Position numbers and translations under genes: made by a program. The notes below the pieces were generated by a model. The model ran no database searches. It saw nothing but the letters and a program-made list of their open reading frames with translations, and was not told the origin of the DNA. A DNA stretch of 61,596 bases, the filler included. It is 3 parts of 3 records of this genome, joined end to end, with 100 filler letters (N's around TTAATTAATTAA, not from the genome) between each part and the next. Parts side by side here need not be neighbours in the genome. Positions count along the whole stretch, not along the records: positions 1 to 29,518 come from DRR378314_404; 2 more parts are not named here. One strand, 5' to 3'. Of this stretch, positions 11,827 to 20,250 are shown one piece after another; the first letter of the stretch is position 1; each line of letters begins with the position of its first letter.

Positions 11827-12165
11827 ATGGAAACCATTGATAAAATTAAACAGCAGATTTCAGAAAATCCAATTATCCTTTATATGAAAGGCTCACCTAA
11901 ATTACCAAATTGTGGTTTTTCTTCACAGGCGTCTCAAGCTTTAATGTCTTGCGGCGAACCGTTTGCGTATGTTGATATTTTACTAAACCCAGACATCCGT
12001 GCTGAACTTCCAGCTTATGCAAACTGGCCAACATTCCCACAGCTATGGATTGAAGGTGAATTAATCGGTGGTTGCGATATCATCATCGAAATGTTCCAGC
12101 GTGGTGAGTTACAACCATTGATTACTGAAACAGCAGCAAAGTTCAAAGAAGCTGACGCTGAGTAA
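11827..12165 (+). CDS. grxD: Monothiol glutaredoxin Grx4
   Basis: CGFS active site, WPTFPQL, GGCD. Confidence 0.97.
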   Translation: METIDKIKQQISENPIILYMKGSPKLPNCGFSSQASQALMSCGEPFAYVDILLNPDIRAELPAYANWPTFPQLWIEGELIGGCDIIIEMFQRGELQPLITETAAKFKEADAE

Positions 12166-12189
12166 TACTGATTGCCAGTTAGAATGTTT

Positions 12190-12215
12190 AAAAGCCGCTG
12201 TTTAGCGGCTTTTTT
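12190..12215. terminator. Bidirectional terminator between grxD and sensor kinase
   Basis: AAAAGCCGCT-GTTT-AGCGGCTTTTTT. Confidence 0.85.
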
Positions 12216-13533
12216 ATTGGGTGTTATTAGGCAGTATTATGTGTACGCTTAACCCGCCTGTAGCTTGATTATGCAAACTTATCTGCCCATGGTGTGCTTC
12301 AACGATTTCTCTGCATAATGCGAGCCCTAAACCACTACCGCTTGATTTTGTTGAGTAAAAAGGAATAAGTGCATTGGCCATCACTTGCTCACTCATTCCT
12401 TTGCCTTGGTCACTTACGATAATTCGGGTATTGTTATTATCTTGTGCTAGTGTGATTGAAATATGCTCAGCTTTAGAGCCCGATTCATGCGCATTCTTCA
12501 ACAGGTTTATGAGTAATTGTTCAATCTGAGTTTGATCTGCAAACGTTGTTACTGCGGTTTGCTCTGATAAATTAAATGACCATTGATTTTGTAGTTGTAA
12601 GAATAATGTTGGCCAATTTATTTTAGAAAGCTGTGGTGTGGGGAGTTTGGCAAACTTACCGTAACCTTGAACAAATTCGTTTAAGTGTTTAATACGCTCT
12701 TCAATGGTTGAAAATACGCGGCTTAGTCTTGGCTCATCGACTTTCGCACTGAGAATTTTTCCGCTGTGTAACATGGATGACATAGGCCCAAGTGAATTAT
12801 TGAGCTCGTGGCTGATTATACGTATCACTTTTTTCCAGACTTCCACTTCTTGGCGGCTTAGTTCGCGAGTTAATTGTTTAAATACATATAAAGTATGAAA
12901 CTGATTATTGAGTAACAGTTTGCCAGTGGCTAAATGCCACGTTTGCGATTCTTGTTGTTGATTATCCAAGGTAAATAAACCGTCAACTTCGCGCTCAAGG
13001 GCATTAATTAGCTGTGGATGGGCATTGGCAAATAGCGCTGAAAATTGACTGCCTTCAAGTGACGTTTTAGCATTGAGTAAGTCTCTGGCGCTGTGGTTAC
13101 TGTAAACGATAAAGCCTTGGTCGTTTTTTAAAATAACCGCTTGCGGTGAGCTTTGTAGCACTTTATCTAGCATCAATTCACGTTGATAAATCCATTGCTT
13201 CTCTTGGCGCAGTTGTTTTGCCGTTTGATTATAAAGTTCGCATAATCTCCCAATTTCATTGTTGTCATCATAGGCAAGTAATGATGAAAGTTCCCCATCT
13301 TTAAAATTAAGCAATCCGGTCTCTAATGAATGTATTCCTTGCATTAGTGGATTAACCAACCGCAGTGATAAGTAGCTGGTTATCAGTACAGAAAACACAC
13401 TGAAAGCAAGAGTCAGCTGCCATGAAAGATCTGTAATCCAACTAATTAGCAAAATTGGGACGAGTGCGGCAACAATACTTATAAAAAGCAAACCATAGCG
13501 AATACTCATAAATCGATTGTTAATATTCATCAA
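12214..13533 (-). CDS. Sensor histidine kinase (two closely spaced TM helices, HAMP, PAS-like, HisKA, HATPase)
   Basis: ISHELNNSL H-box, NLLKNA N-box, DQGKG and GSGLGL boxes; overlaps the regulator stop (ATGA). Confidence 0.93.
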   Translation of the reverse strand: MMNINNRFMSIRYGLLFISIVAALVPILLISWITDLSWQLTLAFSVFSVLITSYLSLRLVNPLMQGIHSLETGLLNFKDGELSSLLAYDDNNEIGRLCELYNQTAKQLRQEKQWIYQRELMLDKVLQSSPQAVILKNDQGFIVYSNHSARDLLNAKTSLEGSQFSALFANAHPQLINALEREVDGLFTLDNQQQESQTWHLATGKLLLNNQFHTLYVFKQLTRELSRQEVEVWKKVIRIISHELNNSLGPMSSMLHSGKILSAKVDEPRLSRVFSTIEERIKHLNEFVQGYGKFAKLPTPQLSKINWPTLFLQLQNQWSFNLSEQTAVTTFADQTQIEQLLINLLKNAHESGSKAEHISITLAQDNNNTRIIVSDQGKGMSEQVMANALIPFYSTKSSGSGLGLALCREIVEAHHGQISLHNQATGGLSVHIILPNNTQ

Positions 13534-14858
13534 TAATCAATCTCAAATTTTTGCAAACGTCTATACAGTGCTTGCCGACTCATACCAAATTGCCTCGCAA
13601 CCTTTGCAATTACTCCTTGATGTAGGTGCATGGCCTGCTCTATATCGTGTTTTGTCACCTCAGTTTTAGTGCTCGAATTATTCATTTTGGGTGTTTGTAA
13701 TGCAAAATCAGCCAAAGTAATAATACCTGATGAGTTTAATACGGCCGCGCGTTTACATGCATTTTCAAGTTCACGAACATTGCCAGGCCAACTGTGGGCT
13801 AATAATGCTTGCTCTGTTTCAATGCTAAGCTCTCTATTGTTCAAAAAGTGATTTGCTAGTACCAAGATGTCATCTGGACGCTCAGCAAGAGCGGGTAAAT
13901 TTAACTCAATGACATTCAGGCGATAGTATAAATCTTCTCTAAATTTACCCAGCTTAATAGCGTTTACCAAGTTTTCGTTGGTTGCTGAAATAACTCGCAC
14001 ATTAACTTTTCGTGTTTGAGTCGAACCGAGTCGTTCAAATTCACCCGTTTGTAAAACGCGTAGCAACTTCATTTGCCCTGACAGAGGTAGATTGCCAATC
14101 TCATCTAAAAACAATGTTCCCCCATCAGCTGCCTCAAAGCGGCCAATACGTTGTTTGGTTATTCCTGTGTATGCACCAGCTTCGGCGCCAAATAATTCTG
14201 CTTCAATTAATTCACTGGGCAGGGCACCGGCGTTTACTGTTATAAAAGGGTGATCGTGCAATAAAGAATTGGCTTGAATTATATGTGCTATTCGCTCTTT
14301 ACCGCTGCCATTGGGGCCTGTTATGAGCACTGAAACATCCGACTTAGCTACTTGAATGGCCATTGTGAGAATATTTTCCATGGCCGTACTTTTGTAAACT
14401 AACCCGACGAGTTCTGCATTATTTATACTTTTATCACGTTCTTGTTGATGACGCTTATAAACTGCGTTTTGTTGCTTTGCCTGACCAAGTTCGATCAAGT
14501 TATTGACACACGTTAGCAGCTTTGTATCATCCCATGGTTTGGGTAGGTAATCTGCGGCACCTGCTTTAACAAGCTCTATGGCTACTTCAAGCTCTGTCCA
14601 TGCAGTGATCAAAATAATGGGTAAGTGTGGATTGAGTTGCCTTAATTGATAAAAAAGCGCTTTACCTTCTTCACCAGAGGTTGTGTCTGCAGTGAAGTTC
14701 ATATCTTGGATTACCAACGCAATACGTTGATATTGCACCACTTGAATGGCCTCAAATGGATTAGTGGCAGTCACAACAGCAAAGTCATGAATTTCCAGTA
14801 GTAATGATAGCGCCTCTAAAACAGCGGGGTTATCATCAACGATAAGTATTTTTTCCAT
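13530..14858 (-). CDS. Sigma54-dependent NtrC-family response regulator (REC-AAA+-HTH)
   Basis: IVDD receiver, GPNGSGKE Walker A, GAYTG sigma54-contact loop, LFLDEI, WPGNVREL, C-terminal HTH. Confidence 0.95.
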   Translation of the reverse strand: MEKILIVDDNPAVLEALSLLLEIHDFAVVTATNPFEAIQVVQYQRIALVIQDMNFTADTTSGEEGKALFYQLRQLNPHLPIILITAWTELEVAIELVKAGAADYLPKPWDDTKLLTCVNNLIELGQAKQQNAVYKRHQQERDKSINNAELVGLVYKSTAMENILTMAIQVAKSDVSVLITGPNGSGKERIAHIIQANSLLHDHPFITVNAGALPSELIEAELFGAEAGAYTGITKQRIGRFEAADGGTLFLDEIGNLPLSGQMKLLRVLQTGEFERLGSTQTRKVNVRVISATNENLVNAIKLGKFREDLYYRLNVIELNLPALAERPDDILVLANHFLNNRELSIETEQALLAHSWPGNVRELENACKRAAVLNSSGIITLADFALQTPKMNNSSTKTEVTKHDIEQAMHLHQGVIAKVARQFGMSRQALYRRLQKFEIDY

Positions 14859-14889
14859 GAGAATATAATCGCTGTTTTTATTATCTTTA

Positions 14890-14926
14890 TTTTAAAATGC
14901 TACACGGTATTAAACCAGTGTAGCAT
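14890..14926 (-). terminator. Hairpin between transporter genes and two-component genes (partial terminator or stability element)
   Basis: Minus strand ATGCTACAC...GTGTAGCAT stem followed by a short T run. Confidence 0.5.
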
Positions 14927-14941
14927 AGGTTGGGAATGGCT

Positions 14942-16147
14942 TTATATGGTTCGCGTAGCAATGCTAGGGGATATATTCGCCGCACGTCTGGCTGGACCAA
15001 ATACCGCGAGCAAACTCATTACAAACACCATAATTGCGGTGCCTACTATATAACTTGTTGGCAATGCAGCAATTGAAAAATGTTGCATGAGCAATTGGCC
15101 AAGTAATAAGGCTGCGATACAACCTAATATTAAACCAAAGCTACAGATCATGGCGTTTTCAACTAAAAAATAGCTAATAATGGCAGATTTTCTCGCGCCC
15201 AATGCACGACGGGTACCAATTTGTTTAGTCCGCTTACTGATATTAAATAAAGTTAAGCCGAATATACCCAGAGCAGTTACCAGTACTAATATAGTGATGA
15301 GCACAATTAACATACGCATCATTAAGGTGTCTTGCGCCATGTAACTTTCTTTGGCTTCATCTAAACCTCGGACTCTTACAATTACGCGTTTGTCATAGTT
15401 TTTTAGCATCTCATCTTCAATTGTACTCGTTAATTTTGCGCGTTGGCTGGCATCAGTACGAACGATAAAGTTACCTGAAATATTTGGGTTGATGTAAGGG
15501 ATTAAGGCAACACTATCAGGGCGGCTATCTTTGAGCCAAGGGCCTTTAGCTTTTTTGATAATACCCACTATTTTAAGAGCAATATCACCTAAATATACGG
15601 TTTTACCTAAAGCATCTGCATCAGGAAATAACTCATCGGCTAGTACTTGGGTAATGATAGTTACATTAGCGCGTTGCTCATTATTATCAGTTACAATAAC
15701 TTCACTTTCGTTGAAGTTTCGTCCAGCAGCAAGTTCAAGTCCTAATGTATTTAAAGCATGGTCATCAGTAAAAAAATAGGACGTTCTGGCTGAAAGCCCA
15801 GGTTCAGGAGCTGGGTTAATACTAAAGTCAGACGCACTGCCACTGCCTGAAAGCGGTGTATTACTAATATAAGCAGCATCAATTACGCCAGGTAACCTAC
15901 GTAACATTGCTTCGTCTAGCTCAAACTGCTGGTGGCTAGACACATCATCACCAAATAACATGACGTGGAATGAAAATATTTCGTCTTCAGGGTAGCCTGT
16001 TTCTTGACTTAAATAGCTCACTTTATCTTCAATTATAAATGCAGCATTACTGACAATCGCGGTGGTGATAGCAATTTGAAGCAATAGCAATAAGGCGCCT
16101 ATTTTTGAGCGACATAACGCGTGAAAAATTGGTTTTATCTCTAACAT
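14942..16147 (-). CDS. MacB/FtsX-family ABC transporter permease
   Basis: N-terminal TM, large periplasmic domain, KRTKQIGTRRALGA motif, three C-terminal TMs. Confidence 0.9.
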   Translation of the reverse strand: MLEIKPIFHALCRSKIGALLLLLQIAITTAIVSNAAFIIEDKVSYLSQETGYPEDEIFSFHVMLFGDDVSSHQQFELDEAMLRRLPGVIDAAYISNTPLSGSGSASDFSINPAPEPGLSARTSYFFTDDHALNTLGLELAAGRNFNESEVIVTDNNEQRANVTIITQVLADELFPDADALGKTVYLGDIALKIVGIIKKAKGPWLKDSRPDSVALIPYINPNISGNFIVRTDASQRAKLTSTIEDEMLKNYDKRVIVRVRGLDEAKESYMAQDTLMMRMLIVLITILVLVTALGIFGLTLFNISKRTKQIGTRRALGARKSAIISYFLVENAMICSFGLILGCIAALLLGQLLMQHFSIAALPTSYIVGTAIMVFVMSLLAVFGPARRAANISPSIATRTI

Positions 16148-16156
16148 AATTTGCCC

Positions 16157-17470
16157 CTATTGGCTCTTTAGGTAAATTGCAGGGTTTGTTTTACAAACTA
16201 ACCAAGCAGGGTAGAGCCCGGCTAAGATACAGGTTGTAATTGCAATAATGGGTGCACTGAGTAACATAGTGATATCCATAGTGGCGATTGATGAGTAGTA
16301 ATCATAGCTTTGACGAACACCCCACAGCCCTAATTGTGCAAGTACGATACCGATTAAGCCACCGAAACATCCGAGCATTGCAACTTCAACAAGGTGCTGT
16401 AAAAATACTTGCCGTTTACTAGCCCCTAAAGCGCGGCGTACACCGACTTCAGGCGCGCGACGTAAAAATTTTGCTAACAATAAGCCAAGAATATTGGCTA
16501 AACAGACGGCTAAAAACATAAAACTTAAGGCGACCAAGATTTTATTGTCTTCACTGATTACATTGTTGTATTCCATCCATTGGTTAACATCACGCAAGCT
16601 GTAAATAAGCTCTTTGCGATTGAAACGGCCACGCTTTTGTTGCTCTTCCATATAGGCCATTAAAAAGGTTTCATAGTCTTGTTTTTGCTGTGCGTTGTTT
16701 AATTCCACCCAAAATTGAACCCATACCATTTCTGACTGTAGCTTCGCTTTAAAGCTTCTAACGTCTTCATGTTTCCAGCCATTGGTATTACCCCAGTTGC
16801 CAAATTCTCTCGCTTCAACAAGACTAAATGGTAAAAACATGCTCTCAGGCTCGTTAAAGGCTCCATTATTTAAATCGTAGTATTTAACGACTAAAGGCCA
16901 GTTCTTTGTGACGCCAATAACTTCATAGCTTTCGTTATCAAGGTAAATGATATTGCCGACAGAATTTTCACCAGCGAATAGCCTTTCGTTCAACTCTTCA
17001 CTTATGACAACGACAGGAGCTGCATTTTCTTCTTGCTGTTGCGACCACTTATTGCCATATAAGAACTCAAGTTGAAACATGTCAAAAAATTCAGGTGTGG
17101 TCATCCGCGCACTTTTGCTAAAAGGCTTAACGGTGTCTGAGTCGGTATAGATAGAAAAGCCACTACGTACCATACTCAAGCGGTTACCTTCAGTATTAGC
17201 ACGATATAAGTTGGTCGCATCTTTGTATGTCAACTGCAGTGGTAAATTATCTTTTGTCCACCACGTGTTGCCATCATCCATTATTTGCATTTGAACACTA
17301 AACAGCTGGCTGCTTTTACTGGGGATTGGGTCGCTCGCCATCATGTGATAAACACTGAGGCTTGTCATGGTGACACCAATGCCAATAGCAATTGCTAACA
17401 CCATCAAACTGCTGACCAATGGCGTACGTTTAAAACTACGCCAACTTAAATCAAAGTAATGTAATAGCAT
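16157..17470 (-). CDS. MacB/FtsX-family ABC transporter permease
   Basis: N-terminal TM, periplasmic domain, RRAPEVGVRRALGA motif. Confidence 0.9.
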   Translation of the reverse strand: MLLHYFDLSWRSFKRTPLVSSLMVLAIAIGIGVTMTSLSVYHMMASDPIPSKSSQLFSVQMQIMDDGNTWWTKDNLPLQLTYKDATNLYRANTEGNRLSMVRSGFSIYTDSDTVKPFSKSARMTTPEFFDMFQLEFLYGNKWSQQQEENAAPVVVISEELNERLFAGENSVGNIIYLDNESYEVIGVTKNWPLVVKYYDLNNGAFNEPESMFLPFSLVEAREFGNWGNTNGWKHEDVRSFKAKLQSEMVWVQFWVELNNAQQKQDYETFLMAYMEEQQKRGRFNRKELIYSLRDVNQWMEYNNVISEDNKILVALSFMFLAVCLANILGLLLAKFLRRAPEVGVRRALGASKRQVFLQHLVEVAMLGCFGGLIGIVLAQLGLWGVRQSYDYYSSIATMDITMLLSAPIIAITTCILAGLYPAWLVCKTNPAIYLKSQ

Positions 17471-17473
17471 GGC

Positions 17474-18184
17474 TTACGCTCCAGCAACATTTTTCAGGTT
17501 TTGCGCGCCTTGGTACAAGGTAAAATCGGCGAGTTGACCATCGACTACTTGAATATTACGGGGGGCGCGGCGGGCGAGTTCGGGGTCGTGTGTGACCATC
17601 ACAATGGTTGCACCATCGCGATTTATTTGTTCAAGTAATTCCATCACTTGGCGTGCCATTAGGCTATCTAAATTACCCGTTGGTTCATCAGCGAGTAAAA
17701 ACCTTGGTTCACCCGCCAGCGCTCGTGCGATCGCAACCCGTTGTTGTTGACCACCAGAAAGTTGCTGCGGTAGATGCTTAGCACGCGAGGCAAGGCCTAC
17801 TTGCTCTAAACATTGTTCAATTCGACGTTTACGTTCAGCTGCTTTAATACCTCTATAGCGCAAAGGTACTTCAATGTTCTCGTATAAATTCAAATCAGGA
17901 ATGAGGTTGAAGCCTTGAAATATAAAGCCAATTTTTTGATTACGGACATCAGCGCGCTGGTTATCGTTTAATTTGCCAACATCAATACCGTCAAGTAAGT
18001 ATTCTCCTTCAGAGAAGGGCTCTAGCATGCCAGCGATGTTTAAGAATGTTGTTTTACCTGAGCCACTAGGCCCTGTTACCGCAATGAATTCACCTTCATC
18101 TACTTGTAAACTAAAGTCTTGCAATGCATGTGTTTGTACCATTTCAGTTTGATATATTTTACTAATGTTGTTCATTTTTAGCAT
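17474..18184 (-). CDS. ABC transporter ATP-binding protein (MacB/LolD-like)
   Basis: GPSGSGKT, LSGGQQQRVAIARAL, ADEPTGNLD, VTHD. Confidence 0.95.
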   Translation of the reverse strand: MLKMNNISKIYQTEMVQTHALQDFSLQVDEGEFIAVTGPSGSGKTTFLNIAGMLEPFSEGEYLLDGIDVGKLNDNQRADVRNQKIGFIFQGFNLIPDLNLYENIEVPLRYRGIKAAERKRRIEQCLEQVGLASRAKHLPQQLSGGQQQRVAIARALAGEPRFLLADEPTGNLDSLMARQVMELLEQINRDGATIVMVTHDPELARRAPRNIQVVDGQLADFTLYQGAQNLKNVAGA

Positions 18185-18221
18185 GATTGTGTCCTTTTAT
18201 TGTTTTGTTTAAACGCGACTA

Positions 18222-19475
18222 TTAGCGCAGTAATAAGGTTGATGCGTTTTTAAAATTGTCATAAGTTGAAATTATTAATTGATCGCCGGGTTCTACACCT
18301 GTAATTATTTCGACGGCATTGATACTTGTTGCCCCAATAGATATATCAATTAATTGTGCAGAGTCATTTACAACCTTATAGGCTCGAGTTCCTCCTTGTT
18401 GTAGGAATGCACCACGTTTGACCTGCAACACATTGTCGCGGTTTTCTAATAGTATACGGGCGGTCAATCGTTGATTTTGACGAATTCCTGTTAGTTCTTT
18501 ATTAAACCTGACCCGAGTGGTGACTTCTCTGTTATTAACTTCGGGTGAAATTGCACTAAGCGTTCCTAACACTTTACTAGCCCCTAATGTGAGCTCGACT
18601 GTCATGCCTAGGCCAAGTTCATTTGCATAACTTTCAGGGACCTGCAGTTCTGCCTCAAAGTTACTCAAATCAACCAAGGTCATTAACGGTTGGCTTTGCG
18701 TAACCGCTTCTTTTTGTTGTACTAATAAATTGCCTACAATACCGGAAACGCTAGCTTCAATAGTCAGGTTGCTAACTTGTCGGTTTAGTTCGTCAACAAC
18801 AAGCTGTTGCCGTGCTAAATCTCGTTCAGCGGCTTGAAGTTCAAACGCCAATGTATCCTTAGCTAACGCTACCTCTTGTTGGGCATGTTTGTATGAAAGC
18901 TTTGCGCGAGCTAAATCATCGACTGCTTTTTCTAGATCAATTTGGCTAATTAAATTTTTAGAAATTGAAAGTTTAGCGCGGCGGTTTTCCCTATCAGCAG
19001 CATTGAGTTCAACTTGAGCGAGGTCGAGAGCTTTAGTTAAACTAAGTTTTTGTCTGCGCGCTTCTAGGTGTTTGCGTTTAAGCTCACCGTCTAGGCGCGC
19101 TAATACAGATTGTTGTTGCTTTAATTCGTTCGTGAGTTCAGGGCTTTCAACAATAGCAATAATCGCTCCCTTATTAACGTTATCGCCTGCTTTTACTCGT
19201 AAATCCACATAGCCTCGTTCTGGGCTGTAAATTTTTGGTGCATTTGCAGCGACGATTTTGCCACTGGCAGAAACATCCCTAATTAATGTAGCCTGAGTTA
19301 CGTGGGCAATCTGCAATGTATCTCTATCAACAGAAAATGCCCCTTTTTCAGTGCCCATAAATGCCTGAGCACACAATGCAACAAGCGACATGATTGCAGC
19401 CCCAATAATGAGCGGTTTTTTATAGCTTTTAGTTCGGACAACAGAAGTGTCCTGTGCGCTAGTGTCTTTTATCAT
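18222..19475 (-). CDS. Periplasmic adaptor / membrane fusion protein (MacA/HlyD-like)
   Basis: N-terminal TM, lipoyl halves (VKAGDNV..G; SVSGIV), long coiled-coil hairpin. Confidence 0.9.
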   Translation of the reverse strand: MIKDTSAQDTSVVRTKSYKKPLIIGAAIMSLVALCAQAFMGTEKGAFSVDRDTLQIAHVTQATLIRDVSASGKIVAANAPKIYSPERGYVDLRVKAGDNVNKGAIIAIVESPELTNELKQQQSVLARLDGELKRKHLEARRQKLSLTKALDLAQVELNAADRENRRAKLSISKNLISQIDLEKAVDDLARAKLSYKHAQQEVALAKDTLAFELQAAERDLARQQLVVDELNRQVSNLTIEASVSGIVGNLLVQQKEAVTQSQPLMTLVDLSNFEAELQVPESYANELGLGMTVELTLGASKVLGTLSAISPEVNNREVTTRVRFNKELTGIRQNQRLTARILLENRDNVLQVKRGAFLQQGGTRAYKVVNDSAQLIDISIGATSINAVEIITGVEPGDQLIISTYDNFKNASTLLLR

Positions 19476-19498
19476 GAGACTTCCTTTATTTTTTATAT

Positions 19499-19579
19499 TT
19501 ATTCTTCGAGGTAGGTAATCATTAAGCTCACGGCAAGCATGGTAATTGGCGAGACTAAAAACAAACTGAGAATAAACAT
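19499..19579 (-). CDS. Unannotated 26-aa hydrophobic small protein MFILSLFLVSPITMLAVSLMITYLEE
   Basis: ATG at 19579 to TAA at 19499; AGGA RBS upstream; lies between the promoter and the adaptor gene; one TM-length hydrophobic stretch. Confidence 0.6.
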   Translation of the reverse strand: MFILSLFLVSPITMLAVSLMITYLEE

Positions 19580-19612
19580 AATGGTGTCCTATTAATATCT
19601 TAGTTTTATGTA

Positions 19613-19628
19613 TTCGATTACTGTGCCA
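19613..19628 (-). promoter_or_regulatory. Putative sigma54 -24/-12 promoter of the ABC operon
   Basis: Minus strand TGGCACAGTAATCGAA vs consensus TGGCACN5TTGC; -24 perfect, -12 deviant (TCGA). Confidence 0.65.
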
Positions 19629-19633
19629 AGTTT

Positions 19634-19646
19634 CAAGTTATTGATT
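19634..19646 (-). promoter_or_regulatory. IHF binding site
   Basis: AATCAATAACTTG matches WATCAANNNNTTR, located between promoter and enhancer. Confidence 0.7.
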
Positions 19647-19682
19647 TATTGTATTAAATGTTTTTACTTGCCCTATTTAATG

Positions 19683-19717
19683 TGTCCGCGGACAGCAAAT
19701 GTGTCCGCAGCGGACAC
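19683..19717. promoter_or_regulatory. Tandem palindromic upstream activator sequences (probable sites of the operon's NtrC-family regulator)
   Basis: TGTCCGCGGACA (19683-19694) and GTGTCCGC-A-GCGGACAC (19701-19717), both perfect inverted repeats sharing TGTCCG/CGGACA half-sites. Confidence 0.7.
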
Positions 19718-19971
19718 TTTTATGAGCATTCCCTTAAGGTCAATTTCATAGTGCTTTTATGTGAGGGAAGGTAAATAGCCGGATTATCACAAAGCGGTAT
19801 TTATGCATTTATGTGTTTTTTATGCAGCTCAACAGAGTTATGCCTTGAGTCAATTTGTAAAAGTGCATCTCAATTACGCCATTTATAATAAGTAAAAATT
19901 CGACACTCAATGAAAAAAAGCGATGGACATCACTCAAACTCGATAGTGAATATTTATGCATTTTATGGTAT

Positions 19972-19989
19972 CTTTACGTTTACGTAAAC
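19972..19989. promoter_or_regulatory. LiuR-type operator upstream of gltB
   Basis: CTTTACGTTTACGTAAAC fits the 18-bp LiuR palindrome sTTTACGTwwACGTAAAs. Confidence 0.7.
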
Positions 19990-20109
19990 TGTGGTTTTAA
20001 AAGTGTCGTTTTTTACAAGTTGTTAAATTTGACACCAGTGTCATAAAAAAATAATGGGTGTTTATTGGCTAAATGTTAAAAATTGGCACGAAATAAAAAG
20101 ATTGTACTT

Positions 20110-20147
20110 GCGTGAGAAATATTCAAGAATATGAATATGTATTCATA
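20110..20147. promoter_or_regulatory. Tandem ARG boxes (ArgR operator) upstream of gltB
   Basis: TGAATATGTATTCA (20132-20145) is a near-perfect core, with an adjacent half-matching box ending ATTCA at 20125; a further core TGAATATTTATGCA lies at 19947-19960. Confidence 0.7.
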
Positions 20148-20153
20148 ATGCTA

Positions 20154-20182
20154 TTGACTCTATGTACAATTGGCGATAGTTT
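20154..20182 (+). promoter_or_regulatory. Candidate sigma70 promoter of gltBD
   Basis: TTGACT, 17-nt spacer, TAGTTT, immediately downstream of the ARG boxes. Confidence 0.45.
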
Positions 20183-20250
20183 TGACCGTCTGCTAGCAAA
20201 CCGTCGAGAAGATCTTTAATAGCTAGCTGTTGTAGCAAGGGGAGGGGTCT

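Noticed and set aside
20084-20099. TGGCACG upstream of gltB as a sigma54 promoter
   Set aside because: No -12 element (followed by AAATAAAAA)
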